Shown here: one piece after another, positions 52,467 through 64,000 of the stretch
Layout of the letters: each line of letters begins with the position of its first letter
How positions within the stretch are numbered: position 1 is the stretch's first letter
NCBI GenBank assembly: GCA_003693705.1
Contig: RBZT01000684.1
Span: 62,001 to 126,000 of the forward strand
Direction of reading: 5' to 3'
Source: Polymyxa betae A26-41
Lineage: Eukaryota > Protista > Endomyxa: Phytomyxea
Length of the DNA stretch: 64,000 nucleotides
Notes under the pieces: model-generated
The model's input: the letters and a program-made list of their open reading frames with translations, nothing else
What the model was told of the DNA's origin: nothing
Databases searched by the model: none
Program-made: the position numbers and the translations under genes

Positions 52467-53794
52467 TTATGATTCAATATCCTTCAGAGAATGTTGAGCC
52501 GAGCCACGTTTGAGAGGCTGTTGCTGCTTCGTTGGATCAGGAGCCCAACCGATCATGTAGACCACCTAATGGATATTATCGTAACAAAACAAAATGAAAT
52601 TATTGCTCTACATGAAAACTGGCCGGAATAAGGCCATTTTGATCGGCGTACATCGCTTCGTAAGCGCTGGCAGCGGCAACGAAAACGTCCTTTGAAACAA
52701 ACGGCCGCCGGGCCAATGCAACATTGTTTTCCCCCATTTCTTGCAAATGAGCCATCAAAGTAAACATGCTAGGTTCGGTGAATACAGAAATTTGACAGCA
52801 TCCAGTTTGAATTACTCAGGATATTGGCACGTGATTTCGTCGTTATCGATTGTCGATATTACGAATCCAGCTTCTTGTAGCAATGCTCCAGCATCGCTGG
52901 GATTAACCATTGCTATTGATGGTATCAACTATGAAACTTCCAAAATAGTAACGAACTTCATACGAGAAACATGCGGGCTTAAACCGCCCAGCCGTTCCAT
53001 GTCAGCAATTGCAAATGCAGATCTATTTGAAAGCTCGATCAGGAGGAAAATAAAACAAGAAAACTCTTACCGCAACTCCTGTAAAGTGTCTCCGCCAAGC
53101 ATTGCTCCAATGAAGACGCCGTCAGGCCGCAGCGCCTCTCGAACCTGTTTAAGACAAGATACGAGATCATTGACCTAAACGATTAAGACACGCGGCAGCA
53201 GGAAGTCTACAGGTGATACCCAACTTAAAGAGAGCGATGATACCACCATATCAATTTGCCCAGGTGCTAAAGGGAGGAATTCCTCATCAGCACAGACATG
53301 ATGCAGGTCCGGTCCTAAAGATGCATAAATAAATGTAAACGCAACCCTTCAATATACCATTTGGATTCTGGATTTGATTCGACTTATTGTATAAGACGGT
53401 CTCTAGCGAAGAGTCTATCTGAATAAGTTTCTTGATGGACCCGAGTCCAGGCGTTAGATGTTTGGCAATATGTCCATGACCGCATCCCAGATCAACACAA
53501 ATCGGCAATTCTCTTTTAACATCCTAGCGTAGCAGTTGAGAACTAACCAACTGCTGTAATCAAGAACAATTTACACCCGAATTCTATCTACAACACGACG
53601 GGCGACTTCGTCGCGTAGATAATGAAAATAACCAGTCGAGTCAGCACGAGCCTTCTGAATTCGCTTCAATCCTGTTCAGCCACATAAGCAGTAAGATGCT
53701 GCAGTGATCTGTATTATCTACTTCGATCAAAAACTTGGGCGCCAGTCGTGGACATGAATCGGCGTCCAACCCATGACAATAACATTGTGCGCAT
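52467..53794 (-). CDS. NDUFAF5: Complex I assembly factor NDUFAF5 (SAM-dependent hydroxylase/methyltransferase fold)
   Basis: QVFDR|[61 protein letters not shown] and RGSA. Confidence 0.93.
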
Positions 53795-54314
53795 CTTTTC
53801 CGATTAATGTACTCCGATAAGGTTTATCTTCAAGTCAAGAATCAATTCGCCATTCAAAAAGCTGCATCTTGCCTCATGACAGAATCCAAAAGTCGGAGAT
53901 ATACATCTTTTTCAGCAAGTATTTGCCTTTTCTCTACCAAAATAACTTAAAAAGCGAATTTCGAGACAGAAAGATATCGACAATTCACAACGAGAAATGG
54001 TATAAGATAAAACGTGATCACTTGGGAAAGTTGAGGACAAACTATAGCTGAATCAGCGGAAAAATCTTGAATAGAGCTGGCGAAGGGCATCGGGATTCGG
54101 AACGTGATTCATAATCGGAAGTGAAACCACTGACACAACTGTGAGAAGTTCCGAGTTCCAACGGAAGATGAAATATTATTAACGAGGACAGCTGAAAAAG
54201 TGCGTGTAGTGCTGAGCCTAGCGGGTAATTGCGTCCGACATGGCCTTCAGTCTTCAATCGATTCTTGCTCAACGAAATCTCCTCTCCTAACACTTTTCAA
54301 TTTACCAACTAACA

Positions 54315-54722
54315 ATGTCGTCTGTTGAGAACGCCAGCTCTACCGAAGCCTCAGTCGCTGAAATCGCTGAGACTGTCGAGAAGACCGTCGATGCTGAGGC
54401 CTGTGAAGTTGCCGAGACGTCTGGCGATGCCAAGGTCGATGAAGTAGTTGCTTCTGAAGACGCTGCTGAAACTGAAAACGCCAAGGCTGAAGATAAGCCT
54501 GAAACTGAGAACCCTAGCGAGGAGGCTGCTAACGAAGAGTCCACTGAAGCTGAGAAGCCAGCCGAATGTGGCGAAAAGCGAAAAGCTGAGGACGTTGTCG
54601 TTGAAGAAGATGCCAAGAAGCCGAAGACCACCGAAACCTCCGAAGTCGAAGCTGTTGCCGAGAAAGCCAACGCTGAAACCGAAGCCAACGCTGAATCCGA
54701 AACCACCCAGGTTGCTGCTTGA
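54315..54722 (+). CDS. Acidic intrinsically disordered protein with bipartite NLS (prothymosin-like)
   Basis: Single-exon 135-aa ORF rich in E/A/T with strong C-ending codon bias. Contains KRKAEDVVVEEDAKKPK. Confidence 0.8.
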   Translation: MSSVENASSTEASVAEIAETVEKTVDAEACEVAETSGDAKVDEVVASEDAAETENAKAEDKPETENPSEEAANEESTEAEKPAECGEKRKAEDVVVEEDAKKPKTTETSEVEAVAEKANAETEANAESETTQVAA

Positions 54723-56189
54723 GGTTCTGGCTAAATAAAATGCAAGTTGGAACTAAACACGCGCTGCTGTTATCTTAGAGTATGCTCTTGTGAGATCGAG
54801 TTAATTATTGTAATGTTTCGGCAGCGCTCGGTTAACAATCATTACCGGCAGCAAATCTTTTTTATGATGTTAAGATTCCCGCTGCTAATATCTATTTATG
54901 AAGATGCGGAGGAGCTCCCTAATATTCACTCAGTTGTCGTGGATGTCCTCATCCGTTGATAATCAGCTTTTTATTCACCATGTAATGCTTTGTGACAGCT
55001 GTCTGAAATATCATGAGAGAGGTCGAACATACAACTAAATGCTCCCAACAAAGACGGCGTCGTTACGCGAGCAGTTCACGAATGATGGTCGTCTCTCTAG
55101 TTTTTTGATTAAATTGTACAGGAAAACATCTTCTGACTTAAATGCTTACATTAGTCCACCAAAGGGATTTCTGAACGATTTATTGATGCTGTGTCGAATT
55201 CTCTGAACAATTTAGTGTGCCAAAAAGCATAGCGACTAACGAGATTAACGTGTTTTTGACAAACTAGGTAGGCACAATTTCGTACTTGTACACCTTTTCA
55301 GGACGCTATCGATTTCGCCTCGTTTGGATACCATCCAGCGGGGAGATCGAGGTTCAAACCGTGCCCGTTATCTCGCCTCAGAGCTCTGGAACGACGATGA
55401 GACCCATCATGCCGGTCATTCCATTCCTGGTTCGCCTATCACCTTGCCGATCGCCTGCCAAAGCTACAGTAAAGATGTTGGCTGACGATCAACATGGCAC
55501 GAATCTGGCTGCCTCGAACTCGGTCGCCAGCATGGACGATTTTGTCGTGAAGAAGCTGTGGGATAGACATTCTGCATCGATCATTTCATTCTTTGTGATG
55601 GGATGTTGTCTGATAGGTCACCTGATCCTCTCAGCGACTAAACGGGCGCATAACACATCAGACAGGCGACGTTTCATTTTCAGTGAGACCTACCAAGATC
55701 TAAATGGATTACCACGCGAGGAATCTTCAGGTTTAGATCTTAAAAGTCATAAGATTAGGTGCTATTTCGCTGATCAGGTTCGTCAATGGGTGCTCTCCCT
55801 GAGTGTATAGCCGAATTATGAGAAAACACGTGCTGAGATTGTCAGCCGCCATACGAATGACTGTTAGTATATGTCTCAATGCAACAAGGGCATTACTCTC
55901 ATGATGAGGATCGATGGATTTCATACATACTTCAGATCTACTGTTTCATGATTTTTATGAGAGTGAAACGGAATGTATGAGCTACGACCGTTTACTCAAT
56001 TCGCTTGCTTTGCCGTTGTTCGGCCGTACCTGGAGACTCGTTGGGTGGCTGCTACCCCTTGGATCCATTCCAATTAATGTTTGTTGATTGCAGTTAACCA
56101 AACTGCAATCATACTGCTGATATGACATTCATCCATATGGGAGCTTTTATTACTGGTGCTTATTACAACTGGTGCTTATTACGGAAAGG

Positions 56190-56915
56190 TTAAGACGAAA
56201 ATATGTCGAAGTCCTCCTCCATATTGCCGGAAGTTGGACCCAGCGAAATGCCTGCGGAGAACGGCATCGATCGCGAACCATCTCCAGCGCCACCAGGGTA
56301 TGATATATTCGAAGCTCCAGGCAAAGTGGGTGTGAATGGCACTTGTGTGAAATCGAATGGCGCCGAAACCATCTCTTTGCAGGAGATTAGACGCCACGAA
56401 ACGACATTCTCAGCAATTGATCTCACCTGATGTTGTTGGCGGCATGACGGGAGGCTGGGAGCCCGGGAACTGAGCTTGTTGCAGACAGCAAGTGACTTTC
56501 GCTAGTTCTGCTCTCAAACTGGCCTTTTCCGATCGGAGGTGCTCGTTCTGGGCTCGAAGCGCGCTAATCATGTTGATGGCTTCGCTCAGGATCGTAAATT
56601 TCTCGGTTTTGTTCGATTGGCCCAAATTGAGGATGTTGCTCATCACCTGAGTTTTGACATTAGGCGTATTGAGGCGCTGTAATATTGTCTAACCTCGAAT
56701 CGATTGTTGAGCTCAAAGCGTCGCTGCTTTTCACGGTCGTTCTTGCGAAGCTTTCTTCGTGAGATCCCTGCCTTGACGTCGGCAGGTGTTGCTGCTCGCT
56801 TCATTCCGCGATTCTTCCTACCCGGTTCGCCGGATGACCTATCGTCGTCATCATCGGAGACGCTGGAATTCCTAGAAAATGGCAATCCGGATGACTGGAC
56901 TTTGAAGGATTCCAT
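56190..56915 (-). CDS. bHLH(-ZIP) transcription factor
   Basis: KNDREKQRRFELNNRFE, then KTEKFTILSEAINMISAL followed by leucine heptads (LRAQNEHLRSEKASLRAEL). Two introns. Confidence 0.88.
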
Positions 56916-57560
56916 CAAGGAAGCGGCAATATGGGATTTTGCAGCAGCCGAAATCAGGGTACGTTCGAATGATTGGGGCTGACAGGTCGATCTAATAATC
57001 ATTCGATCTGTATCTAATCGTACGATCTGATATGAGTAAATGTTACAGAGAACGTCCCCATAATACATTCGGCATCTTCGTCTCTTTATCGAGCTCGTAC
57101 CTCAGTAAATGGAACAATACGCGATCGAAACTCTCATGGGCAGCTTAGAATGCGGATTAAGTGTTCCTGAAAGACAAACTTAGAGGTTTTGATAGGCGAT
57201 AAACTGGTCTGTTAAGCGGAAGCCAGAATACTTTACTGACAAAACGAAGTTCTGTCTACCAGAAGGACCGGGACTTGTAGATTGCTAGCTCATCTATGTT
57301 GTTTTGGCTCAAACTTCATTTCACCAAAACTGCGTCTTGCTGAACCAAACAAATCCATGCATGAATTCCAAATCAGAAATTCCAATTGAATATCTTTTTC
57401 ATCTAAAACGACTTTGATTGATTCTAAACCATTATCGCAACGTAAACCAGAAACAAAAAGGCACCAAGAATAAAATGAAATGTCAACACAAATCAACAAT
57501 CAGGTGTTTGTTAATAATCTCTGTATACAATGTATGATTGAAACAAATACGATATACGAT

Positions 57561-59830
57561 TTAATCTTCATCGTGACCAACGGGATCTTCACCATGACGG
57601 TCTTTGGACTGGGGCCGGCCAGCACGCATCACTTCATCTACGAGAAGCAATTTGGTGGCAATGATTGACCCGAGATGTAAGAATTGCTTCTTCACTGTAA
57701 CATTGTCGTTAATCTGGGCATCGACAGCACACATTGGTTTGCCACTGGTTAGATCCAATCCAATAGCACCCTTAGCGCCTTCCTGATTCTGTTTGGCCTA
57801 ACCGAAAGTCACGTTGCATTCTGGCAGCTAGACTGGTTTTCCAACCTCGTCGATCAGCTCCAAAAGAGATTGCTGAACATCCAGACCAGCATTGGCAGCA
57901 AGAGTTTTCGGAATCACCAGAAGCCCATCAGCGAAGGCCTGGACTCCAAGCTTCGCTCTGCCTTTAACAGTTTCTTTGAATTTCAAAAGGTTCAGGTAAG
58001 CGGCTACTTCGAAAGCTCCAGCTCCTGGAACTGAGAAGCATTTTCTATCAATTTAAAGCACGTCGTGCATAACGAGCAAACTAACCGAATGCCCTATCCA
58101 GAATGCAATTACGGACAGCTCGAAGACCATCTCGAATGGCGTCCTTAATTTGTTCGATTGTGTGCTTATTCGGACCTCGAATGAGAATCGTGCAACTCTT
58201 ACTAAGCCCAGCAGTCTCGATGAACGTGTATTTGTCGTCGCCCATGCTATGCTCATAAACGGACTGAGCAAATCCCTTGCAAACTTCATCAGGGCCTTGC
58301 TTGACAATGATGATGATCAGCTTACCAAGCATGAGGGCTCCAGATCGTCAACAGAGTTGACGGCATAACCTCCACAAGCCAATGCCAAACGCTCCATATT
58401 ACGCCGTTTAGCACGACGAATGCCAACGATGCCCTACAAAGGTGAATAGAACATTACAAAGAACGGAATAGAACGTACAGCTTTTTGCAAAAGGTCGAGG
58501 CTGACAGGATCGATGCCTTTCTGGTTGATAACAACGAATCCGTATTTTTCCTTGTCACCAACACAAACCTGCTTTTTCAGAGCGATGATTTTTTTAACAC
58601 GATCATCTGTGAAAGCCTTCAAAGTAAAGTGAGTTGCTAAGAAAACAAACAAACAAGACGTTACTCTTTCAGCAGCAACCATTTTTTGGCGTTCTTCGGC
58701 AGAACTGTAGAAAAAACCCGAATTCACCTAAAATCGTGAGTCCATCTGTACCGAAGAGGAAGTGTTTCCCAATACCTCGGTCTTTTCGTACTCCAGCGAG
58801 ACATTACAAGTTAGAATGAAAGCATTCTCAATCGATCTGGACAAGAAAGTGTTGAAAAAGCCTTCAGAAAACCCATGTAAATAATCCTACCGAGGAGCTT
58901 GGGGATGTCGGGCGCCATGGTCCAGAACAAGACCTTTGACCAATTTTGTATCCAGATCTGATTTGGTCTTGATCTCCATAATCTCAACCATGTGCAGATC
59001 AATTTCGGCGCCGCTCGTTACTGCCAACACCTTCGGAGTGCAATTAACAATTTGGCGTATCTGGAGCAACTAAATCTCGTAACATACAGCTTCGACAACA
59101 GCTTCAGTAAGATGATCAGCAAGATCACGACGAACTTTGGTTCGCAATGAAGTTCGGGCTGTGGCTGTGAGAATCTTCTGCAGCTCCTTTCGATTCTCAA
59201 CATCAATGGGGATGGTAAATTCCGACAAAAATCGATTGGTCTCGTCACGGGCCATCTCCATTCCCTGACAAGCAACTTGGTTTACATAATAATGAAAAAT
59301 GTGAATTCTACCTCCACAAGCAAACGAGGGTGAAGTCCATCCATAACATATCGTTCAGCTTGCTTTAGCAGTTCACCTGTTGATACAATAACGATTCGGC
59401 AAAATAAAAAGTAAAAATATTGCATTACCGGTAAACAGGACATTGGAGGTGGTTCCATCACCAGTAATATCATCTTGGGCTGTCGCAGTGCGGCCGATAA
59501 GGGCAGCAGTTGGATGTTGAATTTGCTGCAAAAGAATTTAGGGGATGGTTAAGCATAACGGTTTAGATACCATGAGGTGTAAAAGTGCATTGCCATCTTT
59601 AGTTAGTTTGATATCACCACCGCCCGAAACCAACATCTTAATGGTCCCCATCGGTCCCAGGTTCGAAGACAGCACATTCTGCATAGATTTAGCGGCACCG
59701 ATATTGATCTAGGCGGCAAATCAGAGCCACTGGCACTGCGACGAAATGGTCTAAGCGTCACCTGCAGGGCGACATTGGACCCTCCGATCCGGTCAGCGTT
59801 CGGGTTCAAGGCGGCCAAGCTGGTGCTCAT
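57561..59830 (-). CDS. CCT6: T-complex protein 1 subunit zeta
   Basis: [59 protein letters not shown] and [11 protein letters not shown]. Confidence 0.97.
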
Positions 59831-60708
59831 GACGATGGTTGTCTGGTTTATATAACGACGACAATGATGTGTGGACGCACCTTCAAGGGCAGCCGCGGCG
59901 CAACCAAAGTCCGTCACTACTCACTCATGCAACGTTACGTCTTCTGCGAATTTTATGGACATTTCTTTGTAACCGAAAATTTCTTCTAAAAGGCGGCAAT
60001 TTTCGAGTCGTCGCTTGCAAGAATCACGCCTCAGGGCCTTCGCTCTCTGTATTCAAACGCTGTCTCGGAAGAAAGGCGATCGCGAATGGCCGATCGTCTT
60101 GAGAAGGAGTCTCCGTAGCAATGGAGTGCGGTTTGAACCCGTTATAGACTTGTTTCTGTATTGTTTTGTGGTAAGTCAGGAGGGCTACAGCAACTCCAGT
60201 TTCTCCTGATCGAATTCGCAATCATAATCGCTATCGCGCAGCTCAAAAGAGCCCTTCAGCAAGAGTCTGTCGATATGTCCACGCTAGAAAATTTAGTGTG
60301 CTCATCTTTCCGATGCGGTTGCTAATGCGCTTTGCTCTTTGCGGCTTGGGCGGGAAACAATTTTCTCAATGCGATTTATGAAGAGGTATCGACTGTTTTG
60401 CCGTCATTCATGACAGAGAACTTGTACGGCACATAGAACCTATGCAAATCTGCATCTTTACATTGCTCGTGCTTGCTCTCGGCGCTGTGGTTGAAAGGTG
60501 ACCAAAACCAATGGGCTTGAATGTTCAGGTCTCATCATTTCACATGCAATCTTTGTTATTGGCCATCGGATGTACTTGCACGTATGGATGTGTCGTGGTC
60601 TCTTTCCTGTCAGCATTCTTTCAATTCTTGACAATTGTACGGTGGAGATCGGCGCCTTAGCAAAATCTGGTCCGAGATATTTATCATGATCGGGGCTCCC
60701 TGTACTTT

Positions 60709-63700
60709 ATGTCGTCATCGCAGGTGCCTGAATCCATCACTGTTTTCGTCAGGGATCCATTCCCCAGCGATACGCTCGGTACTTTTGTCACCAGCTTATG
60801 GTTGATTGGCTCAATTCCTGTTACAGACGAAAGCGACAGCGCCCATCCGAATCCCGACGAACCATTCGATCATGGCTTGAAACTGGCTGAACATAAACCG
60901 AACCTGTTATGCCCCTTAAGCCCATTAAGCCGATCACGGCTTCAGAAGACTATCTCCAGGACCGGGTTTGATCAGCCTGTAAGGCAGAATCGCTGCAGTT
61001 CAGACTGCCTCTCTCATTGTCGAATTAGTCATTGGGCAAACCGCGAATGTCGACGTCAGAAATCATCCAGTTAGCGAACGCCCCCATTACCGAGGCGGCT
61101 GCTAAAGATTTAATGGATCGCGGTTTCTACGCCCAATCATCGGCCCGTTATTCGCAACTCGCCGATTCGATACCCGGCGACGGGCGGATCCGTCGCCTGA
61201 GCAATGTCGCAGCGTAATCGCCAACAAAAGTATCGTACTGACAGAAGCTGATATGGACATTCAGCTATCTATCAAACGATTATTGGGGCCCGGTCGTCCC
61301 TCGAATGTGGTCGCGGTTCCTGCGATTGGGCGGCAACGAGGAGATCCCCAGCCTTGTGGCGAAAGATTTCGCTGAAGCGGTCGCCGAGGACTCTGACTAT
61401 TTGTATCAAAACGGCCAGTATCACGCGTCTTTAATGGCGCTTGATGTCTGCGCCTGTATTGTTGGTCATGAGCCTCTTCCCGTTCTAGAAGGTTGAAATT
61501 AATTTTCGACTTTTTTGTATTGATGGCCTCACGTTTACCTTTTTCTTCGCTCTGTTGCTAAGTTCCAACAAACCAGGACAGAAACTCGTCAGTTACAACC
61601 TGTGCAAGGAATTCCAGTTTAACGAGCGGTTCCGTGCTCGAGTTCAAGACATATTTAACCGGCTAGAAAAGACGAAGGCCGTCGGATCCAACAGCCGAAT
61701 TGAGAAGCTCCGGCAGCGTTTCGTCTTGTTGGAAAAGTCGGTGTATCGTGGTCTGGAGCAGAGTGAAGGAATTTCACCGCTTGTATTGCATCTGGTCGAT
61801 ATTGGCCGATTGTTCGATCAAGGCAATACTGAAAGTCACGACCTGGCCATGTTCTGTTTCGATGCCGCTGCTGCATCCGCTAAGTCGGATCTAGACCGAA
61901 CTTACATCGAACGTGCGATCGGGCGATACAAAGTCGATTTCGCCAAAACGAAGTACGTCGTCCTCTCTAGACCGCCCCTAAAGTTCTGTTACTGAACAGT
62001 GATCGTTCAGAGGAGATTTGATGGAAAATCAGCGCCAGGTCATGCAGAAGTTCATGTCGGGCGTGAAATCGCTTCGTCAAGGGAGCGTTGCCGGAGCCCT
62101 CGCCGAACTCAATCAGGCCCTGCGTTTGTCTCCCGACAACGCCGCCTGCTTCGCCAAGACACTCGAAGCTCGCGTCGCTGTCGATGCGAGCGCCGCGGTC
62201 GACGCCATTCAACGAATCAGCACGCTGCTTGTTGACGGTTCAGAATTGGATGCCCAATGGTGTTTGAAAGTCGCATCCGATCTTGTCGAAGCGAACATCG
62301 CCGGTATCAGATTATTCAAAGAAAAAATGTTTGTAACGAATCACTAGGATTGGCTCCAGCTGTGCTGAAGGAGATGGCCTGGACCAGGCAACAATCGCAA
62401 TCGAAGCAGATCGGATCAATCCAAGATCGGTTGGTGGAATACGATCTACGCGTACAGGCCAATGCTGAGTTCGCAGCTGGCAACCTGCCCGAAGCGGCAG
62501 CATTGTACGCGAAGATTGGCCAATCTGCAAAGCAACATCTTGCAGACGTCCAATCCGTCACACAAGCATTGGAGCTTTCACGAAAGGTAAAATGTCATGT
62601 TGAGTTCTCCCTGATGACAACCGAATTTCTTTTTCAAAAAAAATGCTGACTTTAGACTTCTTTTCCAAAAATGTTTTTTCTCTTTAACAAGCGATTTAAC
62701 AAGCGACTATCATGGCTCTGAAGGTTGTCTTTGTTTGGCTGTAGACAACGGCCAGACCCGAAGCGATTACGTTGATTAGGAGTGTCCAAGAGAGACACCT
62801 CGATTTGACCAAATTGCAAGACATGATCGACGACCAGACTCGGAAGTACCTGGCCGGCGCCATCTATCCATTATGGCGAAAGCATGCCCTGGAAGAGCTA
62901 CGGACGACATCGCATGGCGCCATTGGCCTCGTTCTGCTTCAGCAGCATGCACTGAGATACGCTGAACAAAGCGGCTTACCCGATCTCGTATCTGATGCGA
63001 ACAAATTGATTTACGCCGCCACTTTAAGAGCACACGCTGAACAAATTCTGAACGACGAATCGGTAAACGAAATAGTCGGCTGTTGGTCTCAGCTTTCAAA
63101 ATTTGTTTTTTAGGCGAGCGAGCAAGCGGTTAAAGATGCAAGAACAATGTGGATAGAGTCGAAAGAGACAATCGGAGGCGAAGGCGAAGTACCGAGCAGC
63201 GTATCGCGTCGTTTGGCAGGGATGGAATCAGTCAAAGAAGCGTTCGAGACCATTCAGGTGTCGTTAGATAATGGCCGTTTACAGCGTGCCCAGCGACTGA
63301 TTAGCTCGATCATGGCCGTGGATCCTGGCCATCCCGATATTCGGCGATATCAACAAGCGTTGAAATCGGCACGAAAGAACCGCGACAAAGCTCGTGCTGA
63401 ATATGTCGCTTCTTGCGAGGTCGTATAATATGCTATTCTTGATTAAGCAACAACTTTCATTTTGCAATTTCGACTATGCTATCGAAACCTTTTGCCGATT
63501 AAGTGTATGCAGGCTAAATATGATAAAGATTGGGAACAAGTTGTGCAGCGACTTAGGACAGCTCATCAGCTTAGACCGTGTGAATTCTATAAAGGGCAAC
63601 TACAGCATGCAGAATCGATGCTGGAATGGCAAACGCCTTCTATCGATATTCACCATCAGGTAACGATGAATAGCTCATTGTCAAATTTTCTTCTCATGTT

Positions 63701-63973
63701 GATCAACAGATTTCCCAGTTGATATCTCAGAAGAACTGGAACGAGGCCAAAGAATCTGTGGAGCGTTTGGCTCAGATTAGGACGGACGAGATAGCTCTCG
63801 ATCGGTTACGGGCGTTTGTCGAGGTCGGCTTGGAAGATGAAGAGCGGAAGTTATCACAGCAAGAGAACATCAAAACAGAGCAATCACAAGCTGAAGAAAG
63901 CGCAACTATTTTGTCGTCATCTCGAAACTCGGCCGCTCCTCATCAGTCTGCTTCAACTAAAGCTGAGCAGTGA
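60709..63973 (+). CDS. Large TPR-like alpha-helical repeat protein (multi-exon)
   Basis: Repeated helical TPR-like segments such as GALAELNQALRLSPDN, RLQRAQRLISSIMAVDPGHPD and LRTAHQLRP, joined by GT-AG introns. Confidence 0.65.
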
Positions 63974-64000
63974 ATCAAAATTATGCACAGGGGAGCGAAC

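Noticed and set aside
54302-54738. Antisense and shifted ORFs over the acidic protein
   Set aside because: They are by-products of the biased codon usage of the plus-strand gene.
55286-55810. 174-aa ORF
   Set aside because: It starts with TTG, has no recognisable domain and gives no convincing gene model. It may be a decayed fragment but is unsupported.

Overview
Gene-dense eukaryotic nuclear DNA (about 44-45% GC by eye) with many short, mostly 45-60 nt, GT-AG introns and very short intergenic spacers. The standard genetic code is used (TAA, TAG and TGA all terminate genes). An axonemal dynein shows the organism is flagellated. The overall style is compatible with a phytomyxid rhizarian such as Spongospora, but that is inference only. 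The window holds about 30 protein genes, including the 5' part of a DNAH1-type inner-arm dynein, organellar GluRS, DCAF15-like, fibrillarin, a histidine acid phosphatase, NDUFB11, V-ATPase c, ATP synthase g, type II PI4K, HSD17B10, NPL4, a DH-PH RhoGEF, an Srs2/UvrD helicase, NDUFAF5, a bHLH factor, CCT6 and a TPR protein, plus one tRNA-Gln(UUG). No prokaryote-style defence or mobile system is present. The most notable observations are: (1) a ~118-bp exon+intron tandem amplification in the helicase tail that repeats an FxxA/BRC-like GFQSA motif; (2) a decayed seven-unit C2H2 zinc-finger array with one finger per exon; (3) a 27-bp head-to-tail gap, or possible spliced fusion, between a CH-domain gene and the dynein; (4) a prothymosin-like acidic protein; (5) a tRNA-Gln with an atypical body; (6) a palindromic hAT-like MITE remnant. 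All gene models were spliced by eye, so boundaries are approximate.
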